Shown here: positions 23,604 through 31,779 of the stretch, one piece after another
How positions within the stretch are numbered: position 1 is the stretch's first letter
Layout: each line of letters starts with the position of its first letter
Source of the DNA: Desulfobulbus propionicus DSM 2032
GTDB taxonomy: Bacteria; Desulfobacterota; Desulfobulbia; Desulfobulbales; Desulfobulbaceae
DNA length: 32,000 nt
Assembly: GCF_000186885.1 (NCBI RefSeq)
Contig: NC_014972.1
Span: 2,310,001-2,342,000, forward strand
Direction of reading: 5' to 3'
Made by a program: the position numbers and the translations under genes
Notes under the pieces: model-generated
What the model saw: the letters and a program-made list of their open reading frames with translations, nothing else
Databases searched by the model: none
What the model was told of the DNA's origin: nothing

Positions 23604-23873
23604 TCAGGAATCATCCTGGCTAGTAAGCAGCACAAGGGCAGCCTGCAACGCCCCTTCAGCCCTGTCGCCATCGGCACGCAAGGTCAGGTTCGTTCCCTCG
23701 ACCAGGGCAAGGGCCAGAACATCGAGGATTGAAGAACAATCAACCGTTTCATCTGCTCGGCTGATGGACAGCACCACACCGAATTCCGCCGCAATTCCCG
23801 CCAGCCGGGTGGCCACCCGGCTGTGCACCCCGCGCCGATTGCCGACAACAAGGTCGCACGCACAGGTCTTCAC
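23604..23873 (-). CDS. HPr-family phosphocarrier protein, divergent active site
   Basis: Begins (GTG) VKTCACDLVVGNRRGVHSRVATRLAGIAAEFG: His aligned with HPr His15; CSSILDVLALAL aligned with the Ser46 region; immediately upstream of ptsI. Confidence 0.85.
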   Translation of the reverse strand: MKTCACDLVVGNRRGVHSRVATRLAGIAAEFGVVLSISRADETVDCSSILDVLALALVEGTNLTLRADGDRAEGALQAALVLLTSQDDS

Positions 23874-24250
23874 TTGACAATCCGCAAACCCGGTTTTCGC
23901 GGCCCTTGTTGTTGCCCTTTTCGTCGCGCCGTTGGATCAATTGCCTCGCTCGCGGGCGGGTCAAACCGAACCGCCTTGATAAATCTTCCCTCACCGCCCA
24001 TGGTGAAGGTTTCCTGGCCGGTGAACTGGGGCGTGCGCAGGGTCCAAATCACCGTCTGCACCGGAATGGACAACAGGTGCAGGGTCACATGCCACCATTC
24101 CTCCTTGCGGGTCTGATCGCGTTCGATATCGCCCACTAATGCGTACACGAGCATCTGCGGTGATTTTGCAGCAATAAGAACAATATCGCCCACGGTGGTG
24201 GTTTCTTTGAAGGACACAATTTTTTTGAGCTCAGCAACCAACTGTTCCAT
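23870..24250 (-). CDS. Hypothetical protein, first gene of the HPr/EI operon
   Basis: 126-aa ORF with 4-bp GTGA overlap with the HPr gene; no family recognised. Confidence 0.7.
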   Translation of the reverse strand: MEQLVAELKKIVSFKETTTVGDIVLIAAKSPQMLVYALVGDIERDQTRKEEWWHVTLHLLSIPVQTVIWTLRTPQFTGQETFTMGGEGRFIKAVRFDPPASEAIDPTARRKGQQQGPRKPGLRIVK

Positions 24251-24268
24251 GAATAATTCCGAAAAATG

Positions 24269-24303
24269 AAAAAACTCTTGATCCGTGTTCGGTGAACGCG
24301 GAT
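24269..24303 (-). terminator. Rho-independent terminator after the membrane-anchored hypothetical gene
   Basis: Hairpin ATCCGTGTTC-GGT-GAACGCGGAT (one mismatch/wobble) followed on the minus strand by a T6 run (plus 24269-24274 AAAAAA). Confidence 0.65.
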
Positions 24304-24312
24304 GTTTTGTGG

Positions 24313-25965
24313 TCAGTGGCGCATCGTATATTCGATCTCCAGCGCCAGTTCATCCTCGTGGGCGTAGCTGCGGAGGCGGCTGGTTTCAATTGACTCCATC
24401 CGCTTTAAGGCGGGAAGCACAATCTGTTGAATCAGCACTCTGGTCTCCGGCGTCAGGATGTCTGTCTTTCCCCCGTTGCCCTTGGCCAGGAGGGTCAACA
24501 AAGGAAGCAATCGTTGCACGATCTGGCCTGTTCGTAGAAAAAGAATAACATTGCTCCCTTCCCTGACAGTGTCCCGCGCAGCCTGATCAGATTGGACGAT
24601 ATATCGATGCACTTGTTCGATCAGGTCAACACGGTCGGCGAAAACGAGCATGTTTCCCATGAGAGAATAGGCCGGTTGCAGCAACCCGCCGGCGAGAATG
24701 ACGGAGACAATTTCCGCTTTCTCGCTGACCACGGTTACCGCTTGAAGATCGGCAAGCATCTTCCTGAGCAATGCCTCAACCCGGCCACGGTCACGCACCT
24801 CAATGGCCACACAAGCCATGGAGCGAGGCGATTGATGAGCCTCCTGCTGTCTCGTTATGAATACCCCGAATTCGCTGCCGAATACATCAAAAAACGTTTG
24901 CGTGGTTTGTTCGGTGGCGTGCGCGAGGTAGGTGGAAAAATTGGCCAGGAGGGAGGTGACCTCGGGTGTCCCCGTGTTTTGTACTAACTCCCAGAACGAT
25001 TGCAGATTGAACCAGTTGGTCCAAAAGAGAAACTCTGTCTCTGGAGAAATGTATTGAAACCATCGTCTCTCCACAGGGAACGTCATATGATATCGGTTGG
25101 TTAACGCAGACAAACGTTCCTGATCGATCAGAGCCAGCGCGCCAAACCGTCCTTTTCCGCCGTCGTGCTGGTGAAAGAGAGCAATCTGTTGCAGAGGGCT
25201 TTCTTCTCCGTCTTTACCTAAATAAGGAAAGGGAGATAGAACCTGGAAATTGGCGAAGAGAAAGGGATCGGCCTTGGCCCCGGCAAATGTTTTCAACCGA
25301 TGATACCGTTGATTGACCCGTAATCCGGTCTGATTCTGCACCATGTGCTGCAAGGATTGATTGATGCATCGTTGCACCGACCGTGCCGTCAAAGAGGCGA
25401 TCAATATCTGGCGGGTCAGGCAGTACGATACTGCAATTCCGTGGTCAAATTGAAGTGTGACCAGACGTTGCCGTTGGTAGGTCGAAACCGAGGTTGACCG
25501 GACCGGGCCGAAAGAATCCTCAAACCATTGCAGCGGTACAGTTTCCTTGGGCACCCGGACGAGGACGACCAAATTATGGGCCATCGATTCGTTGGACAAT
25601 CGTGTTTGCGATGGATCTGGCAACAAGGCAACAGCGGCTTTGCGGGTGAACAGTTGCGCGAACAGAGGCACCTTGGTGACCTGCTCAATGGAGGCGCCAA
25701 AGGTGGACAGTTGGCGGGTAAATGATTCCGGTAGCCCCTGCCTGGAAAGCAAGGATACCAGGTCGAAACGACGCAGCTGCTCCCCGACCAGGCTCTGACG
25801 CCATTGGCCCCAAGTGTGGGCCAGGTTGTCACCCTCGAGCACGATAGCGGTTTCTGCAGGGAGAAAATCGACCAATTCGGGAGTCGGCGGACGTTGGCGG
25901 GTAAGCCAATACCCGCTCAGCCCCACAACGAGGCAACTAGCCATCAGCGCTAACAATCGTTTCAT
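24313..25965 (-). CDS. Membrane-anchored hypothetical protein with weak DUF3352-like appearance
   Basis: MKRLLALMASCLVVGLSGYWLTRQ signal/TM start, ELVDFLPAETAIVLEGDN...; long intact 550-aa ORF overlapping the kinase 3' end. Confidence 0.7.
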   Translation of the reverse strand: MKRLLALMASCLVVGLSGYWLTRQRPPTPELVDFLPAETAIVLEGDNLAHTWGQWRQSLVGEQLRRFDLVSLLSRQGLPESFTRQLSTFGASIEQVTKVPLFAQLFTRKAAVALLPDPSQTRLSNESMAHNLVVLVRVPKETVPLQWFEDSFGPVRSTSVSTYQRQRLVTLQFDHGIAVSYCLTRQILIASLTARSVQRCINQSLQHMVQNQTGLRVNQRYHRLKTFAGAKADPFLFANFQVLSPFPYLGKDGEESPLQQIALFHQHDGGKGRFGALALIDQERLSALTNRYHMTFPVERRWFQYISPETEFLFWTNWFNLQSFWELVQNTGTPEVTSLLANFSTYLAHATEQTTQTFFDVFGSEFGVFITRQQEAHQSPRSMACVAIEVRDRGRVEALLRKMLADLQAVTVVSEKAEIVSVILAGGLLQPAYSLMGNMLVFADRVDLIEQVHRYIVQSDQAARDTVREGSNVILFLRTGQIVQRLLPLLTLLAKGNGGKTDILTPETRVLIQQIVLPALKRMESIETSRLRSYAHEDELALEIEYTMRH

Positions 25966-28639
25966 GTTTGCCCAGCCTGTGCTTCGGGGGGTCCGGCACT
26001 CTCGTTGGCTGCAGATATTTTTCAATTATTTTCAAAACGCTGGAACCATCAATCGGCTTGGACACATAGTCATCCATGCCCGAAGAAAGACACTTTTGCC
26101 GGTCACTGGGCATGGCATGGGCGGTCATGGCAATGATGGGGATATGCTGATTGTCGCCTTCTGCCTCGCGGATTCGCGCAACCGCTTCATATCCGTCCAT
26201 TTCAGGCATCTGGATATCCATGAGAATACAATCAAAAAGGCCGCCACGCCAGGCATCCACAGCTTTTCGCCCGTTTTCCACCACGGTCACCTGATATCCG
26301 GCCTGTCGCAGAAGGGTTCGAATCAAAATTTTGTTGATATATTCATCCTCGGCCACCAGAATTCGTTGCCCGTGGTTTGATAGAGGCATTTGTTCATCAG
26401 ATGGCGAGGAAGGTTCTCTGCTTGGCTTCTGACTTTGCTCGATATCGGGGACAGTGATCGGCAAGGTAAAAGAGAATCGAGTTCCCTTGGCCAGTTCACT
26501 TTCAAACCAAATTCTCCCTCCCATGAGTTCCACTAGCCCCTTGGAAATGGATAGACCGAGTCCTGTGCCGCCAAAACGGCGGGAATGGGAGGAATCGGCT
26601 TGGGAAAAGGATTCGAACACTTTGTCATAGTAGGTGGGAGCGATCCCTATACCGGTATCGGCTACCTCAAACAAAAGCATATCGCCATTGGCAAAGGAAT
26701 TTGGGGACGGTTGGTTCGACACGGTAAGGGTAATCTGTCCTTTGCGTGTAAATTTGAGACTGTTATCGATCAGATTGGTGAGCACTTGCATAATCTTGGT
26801 TTGATCGCCAACCAGCATGTCCGGAACATTCGGAGCAACAATCAAGTGGAGTCGAAGATTTTTACGTTGCGCTGTCGGTTCCATGGGCTGGATCACTTCA
26901 TTGAGCAGATTACGCAAAGAAAACAACCGCTGCTCGAGTTCGAAACGGCCAGCCTCCAACTTGGAAAAATCAAGAATATCATTGATAATAATCATGAGCC
27001 GGATGGCGGATCGATGAATCAACTCCAATTGCTGCCGCTGAAGATCAGGTAAGTCCTCCCGCAACAAAATATTGGACAAGCCTATAATGCCATTCATAGG
27101 AGTGCGTATCTCGTGACTCATGTTGGCCAAAAATTCGCTTTTGGCTATGCTGGCGGTTTCGGCCGCTTCCCTAGCATGATAGAGTTCTTTTTCCACCGCC
27201 TTTCGTCGTGAAATATCTTCGATAACCCAAACTGTCCCTTTGGCGAGATCCTGGGGAGAAATAGCTTTACCGCTCAAGGTGCAAGGAATGAGGGAGCCGT
27301 CTTTCTTCTTGAGTTGGTATTCGATCTGCTCGACGTCTCCTTCTGCAAGCAAGTGAAGGTGTTCCCGGACAAAATGGCGAAAGGATTGTCGATCTGAAAA
27401 AAATTGCCGGATGTCTCCTGAAAGGATTTCTTCCCGAGAGTAACCGAAAATATCAGACATCCGTTTGTTTACATTGATAATTTTTCCCATGCGAACCAGG
27501 ATGATGCCAACTAGACTGGCACTGAAAATGGTTTCCAATTCCAATACAGAAACCCGTCTGGCGGATTCCGCCCGGTCACTTGCCTCCTGGCCCGCCAACA
27601 CTTGACTGGTCAGTTCCTGTTCCTTATGCGAATGGAGAACAATACTACCAGTCAGGATTCCCAACGACAGAACAATGCTATTGAGTACAAGAACAATTGC
27701 CCAAGGAAAAGGGGCGGGGACAAGAGTTGCTATGGACCAACCACTGTTGGAAAGCGGCAGAAGATCAACTGAATAACGAAGATTATTGCGATGAATAATA
27801 GGAGCTTGAAGGGAAAAAGGCAGTGAGGATAAAGAATGGTCACCAAATTGACGACCATCCTTAATTTCTTGCAACCGTTCTGGAGCTATTTTCCAAGCTG
27901 CTTTAAAGTTCCATTCATTTTTGGTTGAAGCAAAAACAATACCGTCGTTTGAAACAAGGAGCGCGTCAAAAGTATCTTTGATATGGGAAAAAAAGATATC
28001 GGCAGAGGTATCGGATGTTTTAATTACAACAACGCCGATTGGTTTTCCATGACTCGTTGTATAAATCGGTGCACCAAAATAGAACCCTCTTCGTTTGGTG
28101 GTCACGCCGACAGCAGGATAAAAAGTGGGATTACCGGCCAACGCATGAAAAAAATAGGGACGAAATGGGTATTCATTACCGGTGAGACTCGGTTCATCAA
28201 CATTCGCGGAACTACCAATCACAGTCCCTTCATGGTTCATGACATAGACTAGGGCAGCATTGAGTACCCCTTGGGCCGTATTCAAGACGCGGAGCAAGTT
28301 GCTGTTGTCACTATCTGTCTTTCCGACACAAACATCAATTATTTCTGAATACTTGGCTAACTCAAGGGCGGCGTTGGTATAGTTGGCTATGATATAGTTC
28401 TTCAGTTCTGCAGCCAGGTTAGTTGTTATGGGATGCTGTTCTTTCTTATACCGGAAAAGGATGTATTGATCGCTGCCAAGACTCACCAGGGCGAGACACA
28501 GCAAGGTAAATGCACCGATACAAACGAGTCGTCGCCGCACAGTGCCCAATGATTGATAAAAACCGCGGGAAGAAAAGGATTTACTGTTCTCAGGTGTTTC
28601 AATACTCAACGGATCGAACTCCAAGGGGCAAATGGTCAC
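25937..28639 (-). CDS. Hybrid sensor histidine kinase/response regulator (periplasmic Cache-like sensor, PAS, HisKA, HATPase, receiver)
   Basis: Two TM segments flanking an extracytoplasmic domain, PAS, SEFLANMSHEIRTPMNGIIGLS, VADTGIGI, GGTGLGLSI, receiver CILMDIQMPEMDG. GTG start assigned by the ORF track; true start not certain. Confidence 0.92.
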   Translation of the reverse strand: MTICPLEFDPLSIETPENSKSFSSRGFYQSLGTVRRRLVCIGAFTLLCLALVSLGSDQYILFRYKKEQHPITTNLAAELKNYIIANYTNAALELAKYSEIIDVCVGKTDSDNSNLLRVLNTAQGVLNAALVYVMNHEGTVIGSSANVDEPSLTGNEYPFRPYFFHALAGNPTFYPAVGVTTKRRGFYFGAPIYTTSHGKPIGVVVIKTSDTSADIFFSHIKDTFDALLVSNDGIVFASTKNEWNFKAAWKIAPERLQEIKDGRQFGDHSLSSLPFSLQAPIIHRNNLRYSVDLLPLSNSGWSIATLVPAPFPWAIVLVLNSIVLSLGILTGSIVLHSHKEQELTSQVLAGQEASDRAESARRVSVLELETIFSASLVGIILVRMGKIINVNKRMSDIFGYSREEILSGDIRQFFSDRQSFRHFVREHLHLLAEGDVEQIEYQLKKKDGSLIPCTLSGKAISPQDLAKGTVWVIEDISRRKAVEKELYHAREAAETASIAKSEFLANMSHEIRTPMNGIIGLSNILLREDLPDLQRQQLELIHRSAIRLMIIINDILDFSKLEAGRFELEQRLFSLRNLLNEVIQPMEPTAQRKNLRLHLIVAPNVPDMLVGDQTKIMQVLTNLIDNSLKFTRKGQITLTVSNQPSPNSFANGDMLLFEVADTGIGIAPTYYDKVFESFSQADSSHSRRFGGTGLGLSISKGLVELMGGRIWFESELAKGTRFSFTLPITVPDIEQSQKPSREPSSPSDEQMPLSNHGQRILVAEDEYINKILIRTLLRQAGYQVTVVENGRKAVDAWRGGLFDCILMDIQMPEMDGYEAVARIREAEGDNQHIPIIAMTAHAMPSDRQKCLSSGMDDYVSKPIDGSSVLKIIEKYLQPTRVPDPPKHRLGKHETIVSADG

Positions 28640-28645
28640 GTGGCA

Positions 28646-28663
28646 TGTTCAACAAAGTGAACA
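28646..28663. repeat. Interrupted palindrome TGTTCA-ACAAAG-TGAACA immediately upstream of the hybrid kinase gene
   Basis: Direct reading; 6-bp arms separated by 6 nt, 7 nt from the assigned GTG start. Confidence 0.35.
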
Positions 28664-28790
28664 CGCCAATCATTTCCTGTTCATTTGCGTTCGTTGTTCG
28701 GGGAAATCGGCCAAAGAGGTGTAAGCGAATATATTTTTCGTTCAGTTTCGACAATCTGTCAACAACTGATCGTAGCAAACAGGTGAGGAG

Positions 28791-28828
28791 TGTCTTGGTT
28801 CAACAGGAATAGGACAATCCTGCCGTTT
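28791..28828 (+). repeat. Left terminal inverted repeat of the IS
   Basis: TGTCTTGGTTCAACAGGAATAGGACAATCCTGCCGTTT; inner GGAAnnGGACAATCnTGCCGTTT matches the right end in inverted orientation. Confidence 0.75.
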
Positions 28829-28859
28829 ATGATAAACCATCATGAACGGAGGGAAGTCC

Positions 28860-29168
28860 ATGCGAAAGAAGCGTCACAACTACAGCCCTGAAGAGAAGGT
28901 CTTTATCCTGAAACGGCACTTGGTTGGCCGAGAGGCGGTTTCGGATTTGTGCGACGAATACCAATTGCAGCCGAAGATTTTTTACGATTGGCAGAAGCAG
29001 TTCTTTGAAAAAGGGGCTTCAGCGTTTGCCCGTGAAGGAAAGAGCAAACAGCAGGCGGAGGAGAAGCGCATTCGTGAGCTTGAGGAGAAATTGCGCCGGA
29101 AACATGAAGTGCTTTCGGAACTGCTGGAGGAGCATATCCAGTTAAAAAAAGAACTTGGGGAGCTCTGA
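28860..29168 (+). CDS. IS3-family transposase OrfA (HTH/leucine-zipper type)
   Basis: MRKKRHNYSPEEKVFILKRHLVGREAVSDLCDEYQLQPKIFYDWQKQFFEKGASAF; ATG with GGAGGGAAG RBS. Confidence 0.92.
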   Translation: MRKKRHNYSPEEKVFILKRHLVGREAVSDLCDEYQLQPKIFYDWQKQFFEKGASAFAREGKSKQQAEEKRIRELEEKLRRKHEVLSELLEEHIQLKKELGEL

Positions 29169-29203
29169 ATGGCGGTTGGGTTCCCCATGACACCCGCGAT
29201 GCC

Positions 29204-30208
29204 GTGGTTGATTTCAGTCGCCGGTGGAGTGCAAAAGCAGAAATACCCACCAACAGGCTCATCGTCTGGCTTGGCGTGGCGCGGAGTAAATTTTACGCCT
29301 GGATTGGCCGTTGCGGCAAGGCAAACGAACATAACGGTCTAATCCCTCGTGACTTCTGGCTGGAGTCCTGGGAGCAGGAGGCCATCATCCGGTTTGCGCT
29401 CGATCATCCCCTGGAAGGGTATCGGCGGTTGACGTTCATGATGCTTGATCGGGACATTGTTGCCGTCAGTCCGAGTAGTACCTGGCGAGTCTTGGCCAAG
29501 GCCGGTTTGCTCAAGAAGTGGAACCGAAAAAACAGCGCCAAGGGAAATGGCTTCGTGCAACCGCTTCGTCCTCATGAACATTGGCATATCGATGTGTCAC
29601 ATCTCAATATCTGCGGCACCTTTTATTATCTATGCAGCCTGCTCGACGGCTGCAGCCGTTTCATCGTTCATTGGGAGATCCGGGAGCAGATGACGGAGCA
29701 GGATGTGGAGATCATTGTCCAACGGGCCAAGGAGAAATACCCCGAAGCCCGGCCTCGGATCATCTCCGATAACGGCCCGCAATTCATTGCCAAGGATTTC
29801 AAGGAATTCATCCGGCTCTCCGGCATGACGCACGTGCGGACATCACCGTACTATCCGCAGTCCAACGGCAAGTTGGAGCGATTTCATGCCACCATCAAGG
29901 GAGAGTGCATTCGCCCCGGCGTACCGCTTTCCCTTGACGACGCCCCGAGGATGGTGGAGAAGTTCATTGCCCACTACAACAACGTCCGGCTGCATAGCGC
30001 CATTGGCTACGTGGCTCCAGTGGACAAGCTCAGTGGCAGGGAGCAGGAAATTTTCAAAGAGCGGGACCGGAAACTGGAAGCGGCCAGAGAACTGAGGAAG
30101 ACAAAACGGCTTCGGGCGCCGTCGGCAAACCCGATGCTCTCTCAAAAAGACAATACGGCTCCTTCGGAGTCCTTACTGCAAACGGCAAGATTGTCCATTT
30201 CCAACTGA
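29204..30208 (+). CDS. IS3-family transposase OrfB (DDE integrase core), likely expressed as OrfAB by -1 frameshifting
   Basis: EHWHIDVSHLNI (D), RIISDNGPQF (D), QSNGKLERFHATIKGE (E). Frame remains open upstream to the A7 tract at 29144-29150. Confidence 0.92.
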   Translation: MVDFSRRWSAKAEIPTNRLIVWLGVARSKFYAWIGRCGKANEHNGLIPRDFWLESWEQEAIIRFALDHPLEGYRRLTFMMLDRDIVAVSPSSTWRVLAKAGLLKKWNRKNSAKGNGFVQPLRPHEHWHIDVSHLNICGTFYYLCSLLDGCSRFIVHWEIREQMTEQDVEIIVQRAKEKYPEARPRIISDNGPQFIAKDFKEFIRLSGMTHVRTSPYYPQSNGKLERFHATIKGECIRPGVPLSLDDAPRMVEKFIAHYNNVRLHSAIGYVAPVDKLSGREQEIFKERDRKLEAARELRKTKRLRAPSANPMLSQKDNTAPSESLLQTARLSISN

Positions 30209-30217
30209 GGCGGAACA
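30180..30217 (-). repeat. Right terminal inverted repeat of the IS
   Basis: Reverse complement TGTTCCGCCTCAGTTGGAAATGGACAATCTTGCCGTTT; contains the OrfB stop codon. Confidence 0.75.
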
Positions 30218-30264
30218 AACAGCCGATCAAGGTTCATCGATCAACGTGCTGGGAAGAGCAAACG

Positions 30265-30295
30265 AAAAAGAGGCCTGAAATATATTTCAGGCCTC
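30265..30295 (-). terminator. Strong Rho-independent terminator after nuoN
   Basis: Perfect palindrome GAGGCCTGAAATATATTTCAGGCCTC (30270-30295) followed on the minus strand by TTTTTCG. Confidence 0.85.
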
Positions 30296-30345
30296 ATGAA
30301 GATTCTTTTATCCTTTAAGTATTTCAGATCGTTTTCATGAAACCG

Positions 30346-31773
30346 TCAAACGGTAATAGGATACAAGCTAATCGCGAAAACACAAAGAACAAGGATAAAG
30401 GTACAAACTGGCGCAAAATTTGAGGGGAGGGGTTCGTCGAACTGCTCCTCCGGCTCGTGAAAGTACATGTTAATGATCAGACGCAGATAGTACCACATGG
30501 AAATAATGCTGCTGATGATGCCTAAAACTGCCAGGGTGATTTGGCCTGCATCGATGGCACTGGTAATAATATAAAATTTCCCCATAAAGCCTGCGGTGGG
30601 GGGGATACCGGCCATGGAAAGCAAAAACACGCTGATAGCTGCGGCGGAATAGGGACGAATTTTGGCAAGTCCCTTGAAATCATCAAATGTGTTTCTCTTT
30701 TCCTCGGCTCCGCCGAGATACGAGAGTGCGCAAAAAATACCAAGAGTCCCTGCGGCATAAGCGGCCAAATAGTAGGCAATCACACTACCGGAAAATTCTT
30801 GGCTGCTTACAGCAACAAGAGCGATCAACAAATAACCGGAATGAACAATACCGGAGGCAGCGAGCATTCTTTTCAAGGATTGCTGGCCGATGGCGATGAG
30901 ATTGCCAACAAACATCGTCAAGATGGAGATGTAAAACAGAAAGGTGATCCATCCACTATGCAATCCTTGATCGACAACCAAGAAATTGGCGAACACAGCA
31001 AAGATGGCAGTTTTTAACCCCGTGGCCATGTAGCCTGTGATTGGAACGGAAGCGCCGTCATACACATCGACGACCCAGGCATGGAAGGGAAAGGCGGCAA
31101 CCTTGAAAAGAAAGGCTACCAAGATGAAGAAAGCACCGCCCACCAATGCCGGTGTGTGCAAGAAGCCGTGGGCGGCAACGAATTTGCCGATGGCCACAAA
31201 CTTGGTGCTGGCGGTGGCCCCATAGACCAAGGCTGTTCCCATGGTCAAAAATGCACCAGCGAAGGCACCAAGCATGAGATATTTCAAAACAGCCTCAGTG
31301 CTGATAACATTCTTTCGGTTGTAACCAACCAGGATATAGATGGCCAATGACATAATCTCCAGAGCAATAAAAACGGATATTAACTCTTGGGCCATGGTCA
31401 ACAATAACATTCCTGAAGCGGCAAATACCGTAAGACTATAAAACTCCGGGCTGCAAAAAGTATTCTGTTTGAAATAGGTCTGCGCACTCATAACGGTAAA
31501 GAGTCCGCAAGCTAGAATAATCAGGCCAGCAGCCTTGGAAAAATTAGTGACCACGAGGAAGCTGTTGAAAATATCCGAGAAAAGGACTGCTTTCCCGGTA
31601 ATACACGAACCCAGTTGAACAAGAAATGCTATGGCAAATACAAGGGCACTCCCATAGGCAGCCATTTCATGAGAAATTTTTTCATAGGCAGAAGAGAGCA
31701 TCAACAAGATGGCTCCTGCCCCAACGATAATCAGTGGCATGAGTAACAGTAAATCGTTCGTCATAATGAACAT
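30346..31773 (-). CDS. nuoN: NADH-quinone oxidoreductase subunit N
   Basis: Polytopic protein with complex I antiporter-like motifs: EIMSLAIYILVGY, VAFLFKVAAFPFHAWVVDVYDGASVPI, MLAASGIVHSGY, LSMAGIPPTAGFMGKF. Confidence 0.93.
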   Translation of the reverse strand: MFIMTNDLLLLMPLIIVGAGAILLMLSSAYEKISHEMAAYGSALVFAIAFLVQLGSCITGKAVLFSDIFNSFLVVTNFSKAAGLIILACGLFTVMSAQTYFKQNTFCSPEFYSLTVFAASGMLLLTMAQELISVFIALEIMSLAIYILVGYNRKNVISTEAVLKYLMLGAFAGAFLTMGTALVYGATASTKFVAIGKFVAAHGFLHTPALVGGAFFILVAFLFKVAAFPFHAWVVDVYDGASVPITGYMATGLKTAIFAVFANFLVVDQGLHSGWITFLFYISILTMFVGNLIAIGQQSLKRMLAASGIVHSGYLLIALVAVSSQEFSGSVIAYYLAAYAAGTLGIFCALSYLGGAEEKRNTFDDFKGLAKIRPYSAAAISVFLLSMAGIPPTAGFMGKFYIITSAIDAGQITLAVLGIISSIISMWYYLRLIINMYFHEPEEQFDEPLPSNFAPVCTFILVLCVFAISLYPITV

Positions 31774-31779
31774 CCGGTA

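Larger units (their letters stand above)
28791..30217 (+). mobile_element. IS3-family insertion sequence, apparently intact (about 1.43 kb)
   Basis: OrfA and OrfB transposase genes with -1 relationship, bounded by partly matched inverted repeats 28791-28828 and 30180-30217 (27/38 identity; 20/23 in the inner part). Exact ends uncertain by a few nt. Confidence 0.85.

Noticed and set aside
28740-28771. Possible minus-strand promoter with TTGACA near the IS left flank
   Set aside because: TTGACA is present on the minus strand but the best TATATT-like -10 is about 23 nt away, too far for a normal sigma-70 promoter; not supported without TSS data.
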